Assembly: GCA_000004985.1 (NCBI GenBank)
Contig: GG738914.1
Length of the DNA stretch: 64,000 nt
Strand: one strand, 5' to 3'
Source: Naegleria gruberi
Taxonomy: Eukaryota
The position numbers were made by a program, and so were the translations under genes. The notes below the pieces were generated by a model. It was not told where the DNA came from, did not search any database, and saw only the letters and a program-made list of their open reading frames with translations. Shown piece after piece: positions 1-9,872 of this stretch (positions are counted from its first letter, which is position 1; each line of letters starts with the position of its first letter).

Positions 1-952
1 GATATTTCAATGAATAGATTTGGACTAGATCAAGATATTTATAACAAATTAGAAACCGATATTGATACAGTCATTCATTGTGCAGCCAATGTCAACTTCA
101 TCATGAATTATACTCAACTTGAAGCACGTCAATGTTCAAAGTGTTATTGAATGTTTGAAATTATGTACCTCTCAAAGAATCAAACACTTGCACTTTGTTT
201 CAACTATTAGTGTCATTCCATATTCAATGATTGATCAATATAAGGAGCTGAACAAGCTTGTCGCACAAGATTTCATTCCTCTTTCTCTTCAAAATTTCAA
301 TGACCTTTCAGATGGTTATCCACAATCCAAATACATTGCAGAGCATGCTCTCCGTTTAGCTATGGAACAATGCAACTTTAGTCAATTGAAAATTTACAGA
401 CCTGGACTCGTAGTTGGACATACCATGAATGGATTCAGCAGTGTGAGGGAATGGATTTGTAGATTGATATGTGGATTTGCTCATTTGGGTGAAATTCCAA
501 TTGAATATTCCAAACATGGCATGCAAGTTATTCCAGTCAATTGCTGCGCCAAAGGAATTATTGACCTCATCAATAATCAATCAAAATCCAACACTACAAT
601 TCATCATTTAACCAATTGGAACAAACTCTACAGAACCATTGATAACATCCTGCTAGCCATGAAGAATTTAAATCTCACATGGAAATCCATCCATTACAAA
701 AATTGGATTGAAAATATTCACACACAAATGAATAATGGAAAAATGGAAAAGTTTCCACAAATGACAAAAGAAAATTCGATATTTGGAATTGTACACATGT
801 TTCCACTCGAACATGACATGCTTAATATTGATTCGACAATGGAAGAGCAAATTTGCCAACACGATTTGAGTTATCTTTCGGATGAGAAAGTGGACGATAG
901 AAAGTTAGTGGAAAGGGAAATTGAATTTCTAATTAGAAACAAACAGATCTAA
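1..952 (+). CDS. NAD(P)-binding reductase-domain protein (NAD_binding_4-like; thioester/fatty-acyl reductase family), 5'-partial; apparent +1 frameshift near 128-131
   Basis: Frame 1 (1-150) reads ..LGLDQDIYNKLETDIDTVIHCAANVNFIMNYTQLEAR then stops at 148-150. Frame 2 (119-952) continues NVQSVIECLKLC..HFVSTISV..KYIAEHAL..YRPGLVVGHT. Joined, they reproduce the conserved 'HxAAxVNxxxxYxxLxxxNVxGTxxxLxL' reductase block. No GT..AG intron fits between the frames. Confidence 0.5.
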
Positions 953-1365
953 TGGTTATACAAAATGAAATTGGAATTGCTGTAGAAACTCAAATAAAGT
1001 TAGAACCAAATTCTAGACCTTTCAGATTTTTTATTCGAACAGATACGAAACCTTTCAAAAATCATTATTTAACATTCCAATCTTTTTCAAACAATGCTTT
1101 ACAATGCAACATTAGATCTCATGGATAATAATCATTTCACACCTCAAACAAGGAAAGTGAAAAGGTTGAAATTTGATTGATTTGACACTGGTCGCTTATT
1201 TCAAACCTCATTTGTGAATGTCAAGCTTTTAAATGGGTAATTACAAGGATTATAAGCAAACATGAATGGTTGGATTATCTAAACAGCTCCGCTCAACCAC
1301 TATTCGAAACATTTTTCACACAAGGACAATAAATTATATTATTCGAAAGGTATCTTACTTAAAAA

Positions 1366-4300
1366 ATGACTCAACAAGTTAGTACAACCAACATGTTGCG
1401 TTTAGTCTTGTTTCTACTCTCATTGATGTGTTGTTTGTCCACCATAACACATGCCACAACCATCAATGGTTACACTTTGGATTTGTTCATTGGTGGTAAT
1501 TTTACGAGTGGATTGAAAGTTGCCGAAACTTCACCAACCTTCTCAACCAACAACTTTGAATATCGACTCGTCTATCTGGATAAGAGAAACGGTGATTTGT
1601 ACTATTCTGTTTCAGGAAAGGTTATTCGAAAGCTCGATAAGAATGGAATTGTAACCAATGTGGCAGGAAGCATGAGAAATAATGGTAATTATGAAGATAT
1701 AGCCACCATTCAAGATTATTACTATGCCTTGGACAGAGAATTGATAGATATTGGTGGTTTAATTATTGACACCAAGTCAAATGATATTTACTATTTAAAT
1801 AATGGAATTTATATGGAAAGAATTCGAAACTCTGATAAGAAATCGATTATTGCAGTTGGTTATGGCACCAATAACGAACTTCCCTCTGAAGGATTGGGAA
1901 ATCAAATCAATTTTGCTTACAATTATCCTTCTTACAATAATTACGTTCGTGGACTTGCCATAAATGGTAAGAATGAAATATTTATTGTCCAAAGAAGTTC
2001 AATTTCCAAATATAATATTGGAAATTATAGCGTTACTAATATTTTGACAGATTTTGAACCTGGCACTTATTCACAAATTGTTCTTTCCAAAGACGAAACT
2101 TTTTTGTTTGCCAAAAATGGTGAAGCAATTGATAAGATTTCCATGAATGGACAAGTGACATTTGGTTATACTAGTATTTCTAATTTAATGAGTATTGATA
2201 CTGTTGATAATGAACTCTACATGTTAACTTTAACTGGTGTTTACGTTTTCAGAAACAATTCGAATCAACTTATTGCTGCCGGAAGTTCAGGAAGTTTCGT
2301 CGATGGCATGAATTCTACCAATTTACTAATTAATTATGGTACTACCATGCTTGTTGATGATAATAAGGATATTTACTTGACTGATTTGTATAGTTCTGTA
2401 ATTCTCAAGATTGACCATGCTAGTCAATTGGTCACAAATTTGTTAGCTGTTGAAATTCCAACATCTAGTGAAACAGTTTATTCAGCAAAGAATTTTACTA
2501 GTAGAGGTATTTCACATGCAGTTCATAATAAGGTCAATGGTTTCGTATACATGTGTGATTCGAATGGAAATGTATTCGAATATGACAATAATTTAGTTTC
2601 TCAAAAAGTAACTGGTTATTCCTGTATTGATATTGCTGTAAATTCCCTCGGAGAAGTATACTTCCTTTCTAATTACTTTATTTATCAATTATTAAGCAAT
2701 GGAACTGTTATTACCTTTGCAGGAGATGGAACTTGGGGTGTTCCTATAAATGGAACTTATCTTGACCAAAACCCAGTTGCAGCAGTTAGATTTGGTTTCT
2801 ATTCGAATAATGACATGTTTCTTCAATCCAGTTATTACATTTTCAGAGTTGACCACACAACCAAATTTGTCCAAAAAATTTATTCCTCAACCAATAGTGA
2901 ATTAAGAATTACAATCATCGATCCAGACACTGACAACTTGTACACTTCTGAAGGATCGTCAATTAGTTTAGTTTATCCTAATGGAATTGCCGAAATAGTT
3001 GCTGGAATTAACTCTCAACCAGCAGTTCGTTCATTCAAGAGAAAGATTAGTTTATCCGATGTAGGAGAAGATGCATTCGCCAATTACATTAATCCAACTG
3101 GTATGTCCATTGGAGCCGATGGAAAATTATACATTTCCTATCAATATATGGTTAAGAGACTTGAGAATGGATTGTTATGGACACAGCAATTTGTGGACAC
3201 ACAACAAGGACCTATGAGTGCTGCCTTTATTAGTGATGTGGTCATTTTGGGAAGATTTGGAGATGCAATCATGTTGACGAATCCAAATGGAAATATTTAT
3301 TTATTGAATCCAGTTTCTAGTTTTACCTGTTTTGGTAATTTACCTTCTTCATCAAGTGTTTGTTCAGGTTACGGTTCATGTGTTGGTCCAAATCGATGCA
3401 ACTGTCAAAATACCAACTTTGGTTTCGAATGTGAATATTCCACTTGTTTCGACGTTTCAGGATTCGACTATCAAACTGTTTGTGGAGGTGTCGGTAAATG
3501 TTCCATACAAGATCAATGCTCATGTCCATCTGGATACACTGGCACCACCTGTTCCACACCACTTTACAATATCTGTTATGGAATTTCCTCAAATTCGTCG
3601 AATGTTTGTTCTGGAAAGGGAAGTTGCGTTTCGACTGATTCCTGTAAATGCAATGCTGGAAGAGTTGGAAGTTATTGTCAGTATGAGTTTTGTGCAAGTA
3701 CTTGGAATGCAAATTCTGAAACCTTGACATGTGCTGTTCCATCCTCGAGTTCTGTTGAGGTCAATCAGGAAATTGTGGCTGTCAATCAATTAAGTTCAAA
3801 GGTTTTGAGGTTTAGTAGAACTCCATCAGTTTCTATAACGTTCCCATCTGATTTTTATTCGTATGTGTTAAAGACTTATCCTGAAATTGGTGATCAGTTG
3901 ACAGTTGTTTCTTCCATTTATGATCCAACACTTGACACTTCTCAAGAATTGCTTGTAGTGAGTTCGACTGCTTCAGTTTCTGTCTTTAAAAATACTTCAG
4001 ATATTCTCCCAGTCTATAATCTTCCAAATCCAATTGTCATTCAATTCAACAGCATCAAAATTGACAAGACAGGTGGCAGTTTCAACTATTCCTGTATGTA
4101 TTATGACACTGCATCAAATTCTTGGAGCAGTAGTGGAATTAAGAGTACCATCACATCCTCACAACTTTCCTCTACTTATTACACATTCTCACTCAAGTGT
4201 GAAACCTATCACTTGACATCTTTCTCAGTAATTGACATGAATTATAAAAAGACAAGTCGAGATGACACATTACAATTAGGAGGATTGACTACTGGTGGAA

Positions 4301-4428
4301 TCATTGCACTTGCTGTTACATTGGGAGGTGCTGGTTTGATTTGTATTGTGGTTGGAATAATCGTGGCTGCCATTATTGGCGTTTGTATGTGGACGAAACA
4401 TAACAAGAAGAAGAATATGGCCAATTAG
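1366..4428 (+). CDS. Type I membrane protein with N-terminal signal peptide, beta-propeller-like repeats, several EGF/tenascin-type Cys-rich repeats, one C-terminal TM helix and a short basic tail
   Basis: ATG at 1366. Hydrophobic N-terminus LRLVLFLLSLMCCLSTITHA. Repeats of type CSGxGxCxxxxxCxCxxGxxGxxC (CSGYGSCVGPNRCNCQ, CGGVGKCSIQDQCSC, CSGKGSCVSTDSCKC). TM GGIIALAVTLGGAGLICIVVGIIVAAIIGV followed by KHNKKKNMAN and stop. Confidence 0.7.
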   Translation: MTQQVSTTNMLRLVLFLLSLMCCLSTITHATTINGYTLDLFIGGNFTSGLKVAETSPTFSTNNFEYRLVYLDKRNGDLYYSVSGKVIRKLDKNGIVTNVAGSMRNNGNYEDIATIQDYYYALDRELIDIGGLIIDTKSNDIYYLNNGIYMERIRNSDKKSIIAVGYGTNNELPSEGLGNQINFAYNYPSYNNYVRGLAINGKNEIFIVQRSSISKYNIGNYSVTNILTDFEPGTYSQIVLSKDETFLFAKNGEAIDKISMNGQVTFGYTSISNLMSIDTVDNELYMLTLTGVYVFRNNSNQLIAAGSSGSFVDGMNSTNLLINYGTTMLVDDNKDIYLTDLYSSVILKIDHASQLVTNLLAVEIPTSSETVYSAKNFTSRGISHAVHNKVNGFVYMCDSNGNVFEYDNNLVSQKVTGYSCIDIAVNSLGEVYFLSNYFIYQLLSNGTVITFAGDGTWGVPINGTYLDQNPVAAVRFGFYSNNDMFLQSSYYIFRVDHTTKFVQKIYSSTNSELRITIIDPDTDNLYTSEGSSISLVYPNGIAEIVAGINSQPAVRSFKRKISLSDVGEDAFANYINPTGMSIGADGKLYISYQYMVKRLENGLLWTQQFVDTQQGPMSAAFISDVVILGRFGDAIMLTNPNGNIYLLNPVSSFTCFGNLPSSSSVCSGYGSCVGPNRCNCQNTNFGFECEYSTCFDVSGFDYQTVCGGVGKCSIQDQCSCPSGYTGTTCSTPLYNICYGISSNSSNVCSGKGSCVSTDSCKCNAGRVGSYCQYEFCASTWNANSETLTCAVPSSSSVEVNQEIVAVNQLSSKVLRFSRTPSVSITFPSDFYSYVLKTYPEIGDQLTVVSSIYDPTLDTSQELLVVSSTASVSVFKNTSDILPVYNLPNPIVIQFNSIKIDKTGGSFNYSCMYYDTASNSWSSSGIKSTITSSQLSSTYYTFSLKCETYHLTSFSVIDMNYKKTSRDDTLQLGGLTTGGIIALAVTLGGAGLICIVVGIIVAAIIGVCMWTKHNKKKNMAN

Positions 4429-4641
4429 AATTAGTTAACATATTTCCATTATTGAACAATAAACCTATCGCTCTATTTTTTCACAGAGCCTTATAAATTC
4501 TTAGATATAAATCAATTAAAAAACATCATTGTGAAATTAATCAATTTGAAAGCAATTTGTATGTGAACCAATTATTTTGTTCAAGTAAAAAGTTGATTGC
4601 TCAACTCATAGAGTTGGAGCATTGAAATACGGAAGAGCTTC

Positions 4642-5790
4642 TCATTCAATTGGTTCTTCCTCGCTGTCACTAAATGTATCAGCATTTTCTTGATATTCCT
4701 CATCATCATCCTCATCATCCTCTTCCTCACTACTAGATCCAAAATCTGTCGAGCCCACTTCACGAACCACCAATCTAACTTTTCCAACAAACGGTACCCA
4801 TCCAAGACTAAATCTTCTGAACATGGTACCATTCTTTCCGAAGCAACATTGTAAAAATTCATATAACAAAGAGAGCTTGACATCTGTAAGATCCTTCTCT
4901 GGAATTTTACCTTCCTTCACCAGTACTTCATCAACATTTTTGGAGAAGAGTAATTCTTGTAGAGTTGCTAACATTTCCTTATCGAACTTATCGGTGGCAT
5001 CTCCATGACTCAATTGATGCATGAACACATGTTTTCCAAACACATCCAATTTCTCCTTAATAGATCCATGACTCATACTAAAATATTCACTCTTAAAGAA
5101 GAGTGGATATCCAAAACTAGTAAATAAACAAAGATTAATCTCTGTCGAATTTGCAGTAGTTGCTATCAAGAACAAATCCTTCACATTTCCAAAAATCTTC
5201 AATAAAACCTTCTCTGAAATGATAAAATCCTTAGAACGAGTCATGATTCTCTGTGGCTCCTCACTCGTGAAATAATTAAACGATTTCAATAAGTAACTTT
5301 CCAATTGTAAGGTCATCAATTCCTCCTGAGCAGTTTCCAACACATGAACCGTTCCCTTATGAAACTCTTTCAATCTCTCAATAACATCCCACTTGATAGA
5401 CTCTGAATCATATGCACTACACATTTCAAAATAAATCCACAACACTTCCCTCATTGATTTTGCAATTCTATTCATTCCCAATTTTTCATTAGCCTCATCG
5501 TCATCATCATCGTGATGAATTTTTCTCTTCTTTTTTCTAGGCTTTAATAACGAACGTGAATTATTATACATCATCAGACATGCCTTTTCTAATTGTTCTA
5601 CCTGTTCCGAAGAGAGTTTGAATAAATTGATGAGAAATTGCTTGGCGAATTCTTCCGATGAGCAAACGAGAGAAAATTTGCTCGAGATGAGGAAAGGCTT
5701 GCTAATTCGCCAATCCTTCGGAGGTAAGAAGAGTAGAATGGAATTGCAAATAATTTCATCGAAGAGAGTATTATTGTTGTTGTTGGACAT
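4642..5790 (-). CDS. Hypothetical protein with N-terminal F-box-like motif, a KKKRK basic patch and an acidic E/D-rich C-terminus
   Basis: 382-aa ORF with ATG at 5790 (MSNNNNNTLFDEIICNSILLFLPPKDW). F-box-like LxxEIxxxILxxLxxKD pattern. Poly-D and EEEDDEDDDEE tails. Confidence 0.5.
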   Translation of the reverse strand: MSNNNNNTLFDEIICNSILLFLPPKDWRISKPFLISSKFSLVCSSEEFAKQFLINLFKLSSEQVEQLEKACLMMYNNSRSLLKPRKKKRKIHHDDDDDEANEKLGMNRIAKSMREVLWIYFEMCSAYDSESIKWDVIERLKEFHKGTVHVLETAQEELMTLQLESYLLKSFNYFTSEEPQRIMTRSKDFIISEKVLLKIFGNVKDLFLIATTANSTEINLCLFTSFGYPLFFKSEYFSMSHGSIKEKLDVFGKHVFMHQLSHGDATDKFDKEMLATLQELLFSKNVDEVLVKEGKIPEKDLTDVKLSLLYEFLQCCFGKNGTMFRRFSLGWVPFVGKVRLVVREVGSTDFGSSSEEEDDEDDDEEYQENADTFSDSEEEPIE

Positions 5791-6214
5791 TTTTTTTTAG
5801 TATTAAAACTTTTAAAAGTTAAATGTAATTGGTTAATATTTTAAATATTAAATAATGTTAAATGTTAATGTATGTTTCAATATGAAATTTTCTGAAAATG
5901 ATAGTAATTCGCTAATTGCACTAATGCCTTTTTAAAGATGAGCGTACAATAATATTTTAATATTGTAAAGTGGTGCATTCCTGAAAATCTAACATTGATT
6001 TTAGAAATATTAACCAATTAGGTAGCGATTCACAACATTCCTAAAATCCTTACAAAATCCATGATCTAACCGGCTATTATGAAACTCCTAAAGAAAATGA
6101 GCGAAATTGCACTTTAAATTTCCAAATAAATTGCACCTAATCATTTCACACCAATTCGTTTGTAACACAAAAAAAACAATTAATCGATTATCCGTGTGTG
6201 TGTTGTGGTGGAAA

Positions 6215-7018
6215 ATGAAAGCTGTTCGTTGTGTGAATGTTTGTTGCTTGCTCTTGTTAGCAATTGTCTCTGCTATGATGTTATTAGAAACTAGTGTTGG
6301 AAAGGATGTCAAGTTTTGCATGCCTCCACAAGCTACCTTCTGGGAGACTACCAAGGATGCTAGCTATATCATGAAGGAATTCAAAAATAATGATCAGGTT
6401 ATCAAGAACCAATACAATGTCAAGACTTCACAACAACGTCAAGATTTTATCGTAAAAGGAAATGTTGTAAAAAGTGAAATTTCCATTCAAAATCCAATGA
6501 ATAATGATACCATCGTGTATACTCTGACCAGTGACAATGGTGATTGTTCTTGCATGAATTTTGGTCCATCTGATTCCAGTGTTTTTGTACAATGTCACAC
6601 TTTACCAATTTTGGAAAAGGGTAGTATAGCTGGAATTAATGCATTGAAAATTGGTTACAATCAAAGTGATTTGTATCCAACATGGACTGAAATTAATTAT
6701 TATTGGGTTGTTCCTGCTAAGGAAAGTGGATATTGGTGGTTTTTGAGTAGAACTAGTTATGTCATTGATGATTCGAATAATGTTCAATTGGGAACTACTA
6801 CTTATTATAATCAAGAAGATAAGGCTGATCCTTATGCATTCTATCTTCCAAAGTATTGTCCTCATTACTCACAATGTACCAATCCAAGAAAAAATAAACT
6901 GTTTTTGAATGACTTCCATATTTGGCAGTTTACTTGTCAATCACAAGATGAATTAAATTTTGCATTTGATTTAGAAATTTCTGTCCTTCATCAGTTATAC
7001 CATTTGAATAAACATTAA
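6215..7018 (+). CDS. Secreted hypothetical protein (signal peptide MKAVRCVNVCCLLLLAIVSAMMLLETSVG). 3' end uncertain; it overlaps the convergent LRR gene
   Basis: In-frame ATG at 6215 followed by a hydrophobic h-region. The ORF runs to 7018 but the last ~90 nt overlap the minus-strand LRR gene ending at 6930, so the true stop or splice is unresolved. Confidence 0.4.
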   Translation: MKAVRCVNVCCLLLLAIVSAMMLLETSVGKDVKFCMPPQATFWETTKDASYIMKEFKNNDQVIKNQYNVKTSQQRQDFIVKGNVVKSEISIQNPMNNDTIVYTLTSDNGDCSCMNFGPSDSSVFVQCHTLPILEKGSIAGINALKIGYNQSDLYPTWTEINYYWVVPAKESGYWWFLSRTSYVIDDSNNVQLGTTTYYNQEDKADPYAFYLPKYCPHYSQCTNPRKNKLFLNDFHIWQFTCQSQDELNFAFDLEISVLHQLYHLNKH

Positions 7019-8154
7019 GATCAGTCAAACTATTCAATTGACTAATGAAATTTGCTCCCTGATCACGAATGCAGTTATTACCAATGTTAAGCGTAGTCAA
7101 TCTATCCAATCCACTAATGTGTTCAGCTCCTTTTTGTCCAATATTATTTCCACAAATAGTAAGGTTGGTCAACTGTTTCATTTCACTAATATATTGAGCG
7201 CCTTCATCGCCTAATTTGTTATATCCAATACCAAGAGTAGTCAATTGCTTGAGTACACATAAATGTTTTGCACCTTCTTCACTAATATTAGATGTGTAAA
7301 TATAAAGATTTGTGAGTTTGGACATTTCGCTAATATATTTAGCTCCTTCATCACCAACTTTTGTGTTATTAATAGAGATAGGTTAATTGTTTCAAAGAGT
7401 GAATGTGTTTAGCACCTTCAACTCCAATATCATTGTTACTAATGTTGAGACTAGTCAATTGATTCATTCTACCAATGTATTGAGCTCCTATATGACCAAT
7501 ATTATTCGAAAGGATGAGCAGTGTGGTTAACTGGTTGAGTTGACTAATAGATTTTGCTCCTTCATCTCCAATTTCATTTTCTGATATTTCGAGATATCTT
7601 AGTTGTTGCATATTACCGATATACTTGGCTCCCCCCATATCGATAGGATACAAATACCCACACATATCAAGATGAGTCAATTGATTCATTTTGCTAATGT
7701 ATTTAGCACCTTCATTACCAAAATCATTGGCAGTAATATCAAGAATTCTTAATTTCTTCAGTTGACTAATGTGTTTTATATCTTCACTACCAAGATTGTT
7801 ATAATGAATATCAAGAACAGTCAACTGCTTCATCAATTCCAATATTTTACAATCAAATTTAAAAGATAAATCTCTATTTTCCACTTTTAAAGTTACAATA
7901 TTTTGTAAAAATTGACCTTTCACCATTCTATCATTCCTACATATTACCGAAAGTTTACATCTTTCTCTAACAATTTTCAACCACTGTTTTGAAACTAGTG
8001 CACAACTCATTGCAATAAATTTAAAATCATCGGAATGAAAAGATAAAATCTCTCCGAGTATATCATCATCAATAACATGATGAGAATTATTCATTGTATT
8101 GAGTGTCGATACCTCTGCAGCAGCAGAAGGGTTGCTTGTTTGTTGTTGGCCCAT
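6930..8154 (-). CDS. F-box / leucine-rich-repeat (RNI-like) protein, interrupted by an apparent 1- or 2-nt indel near 7362-7370 (possible pseudogene or assembly error)
   Basis: ATG at 8154 (MGQQQTSNPS). F-box-like ILGEILSFHSDDFKFIAMSCALVSKQWLKIV. Tandem ~24-aa LRRs xLxxLxxLxISxNxIGxEGAKxIS in ORFs 7369-8154 and 6930-7325. These join seamlessly (..LKQLTYL|SINNTKVGDEGAKYISEMSKLTNLYI..) if 'ctctat' were 'ctctctat'. Confidence 0.6.
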
Positions 8155-8258
8155 TTTTTTAAAATTCTATTTTTGAAAAACTTTTATTAAGGAAGGAAAT
8201 TTTGTTTGAATTTGAATGTAATTTATATTAGAAATTTTGGAAATGGGCCCATAGTTGA

Positions 8259-9553
8259 CTAATGGTTTAAGCAAACTGTCTTGATATATTTCCCAGAATA
8301 GGTAATATTTGGTCGTCTCAACATTTGAGCTGTACTTCCAACCACATGCAAATAATAATTCATATAACATTGAATTACTGACAATGCTCCACAATCAGAA
8401 GGATCTACCGAAATGGAAATTTCAAATAAGAGAGATCCTTTTTGTAAGTTTTCAGGGCTCACATAGAATTGAACCCAAGGATTCAAATAGCTTGTATCAA
8501 TTCCTGATTTGGCAATTACTTTTCTACTCTTCTTTTCAGTAATTTGAATCTTGAAATTCTTGGCATAAATATCTGGAACTACCAATACGGAAACATATTG
8601 AGGTTCTGTAACGTTAACAACATAAACGTCTGCGTTAAGTGAGCCAGTTGTTGTAACCATAAAACTGGTATCCAATTGACCAAGAGAACTTAATTGCATC
8701 GCTCTATTTTTTGTGTAATCTTCATAGAGTGGCCATCTCACATTCGTTTTATCATCCCATGCAACAGTGACAAATCTCTGAATAACTCCCTTTGAATCTA
8801 CATAATCTCCATTTTCATTCCTAGTAAACCCATGAATTCCAATTGGTCCCAATGGCCCTAATCCACCCAGAGGGCCCAAAGGACCTAGAGGACCCATAAT
8901 TGACCAAACTCCCAATCCTTGCATGTGTTTAGTAAAATCATTAATCAATGGCATTAAATTATAGAAAGAATCACCTAGAGGCCCATCAGCAGACAATGGA
9001 TTTTCCGAATTATAAATAAGAGGATTATATTCCTTATAGTATGGACCTAGCAAGATTTCCAAATATTCCTGAAAGAGAGCATAAGCTCCACTAGGACTAG
9101 GTACTTCATGACTCAATGGTCTATCAATTGGTTCGATATTCTCATTCAAAAACAACTTACCCTAATGTTCCCAGAGGTCCATACGCAGCTATTGGTCTAT
9201 GTCCCCATTTGTGAGAATTATTTAACAATCATTCACACTTACCCATTCCATCCCAAACAACTCGAAGGTGTAATATACAAATCACAATCAGGTGCAGCTG
9301 GACAATTTCTAGGATAAGGCACCACACCAGACCCCACAAACGTATCATCCAATCCAAATATCGTGTCAGAACTAGTATATCTGTAGCAGTTTGGAGAATT
9401 TGTTTGTATCTTGCCAGATACGAGCGAGAGAGCATCCACTACCACTACTACTTGATTGTTACTGATCAGTAGCAGTACAAGCAGTAGTAGTTGTGTGATC
9501 AATAATGAGGTGTTGTTGAATTTTTGGTGGGTTGTGACCTTGTTTTGTTGCAT
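8259..9553 (-). CDS. Secreted protein with a short collagen-like Gly-X-Y run. Two exons (9553-9243, 9120-8259) separated by a predicted 122-nt GTAAGT..AG intron
   Basis: Exon 1 has ATG at 9553, signal-like LLITQLLLLVLLLI, and ends ..SSCLGWNG at a GTAAGT donor. An acceptor ..gatag at 9121 restores the frame into PLSHEVPSPSGAYALFQEY.. Contains GPLGPLGPLGGLGPLGPIG. Confidence 0.55.
9121..9242 (-). other. Predicted spliceosomal intron (GTAAGT...AG, 122 nt, AT-rich)
   Basis: Canonical donor sits immediately after the GWNG codons. The only in-frame AG acceptor without an intervening stop is at 9121-9122. Joining yields a continuous ORF. Confidence 0.5.
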
Positions 9554-9872
9554 TTTTTTTGCTTGTAGAAAAACGCGAAAAGATTACAATTTATTTTCGC
9601 GTTTTTCATTTGGAAATTGTGCGAATGGTAGTATCACCAAATGTTAATGTTGAACGCATTCGGAGCATTTTCCTACGTGGATATTTGTTTTAAGATGATG
9701 ATGAGGAGAATGAATAGTTTTTAATGGTGATCGATTTATTACTTCCTTTATAGCTTCCTTTTGAATATTAATTAAATTATTTTTCAATATTGTTTGTGAT
9801 GCAAATTGATATCATCCTAGAAATTGCATTGTAATTAAAATTTTATTTATTAATTTTCAAATTAAAAAAATT

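Noticed and set aside
3323-3789. Overlapping 130-140-aa ORFs on both strands inside the EGF-repeat gene
   Set aside because: They lie within and antisense to a well-supported CDS, with Cys/His-rich low-complexity translations of the EGF region. Spurious.
9108-9435. Small ORFs around 9100-9440
   Set aside because: They fall in the predicted intron or overlap the signal-peptide exon of the collagen-like gene.
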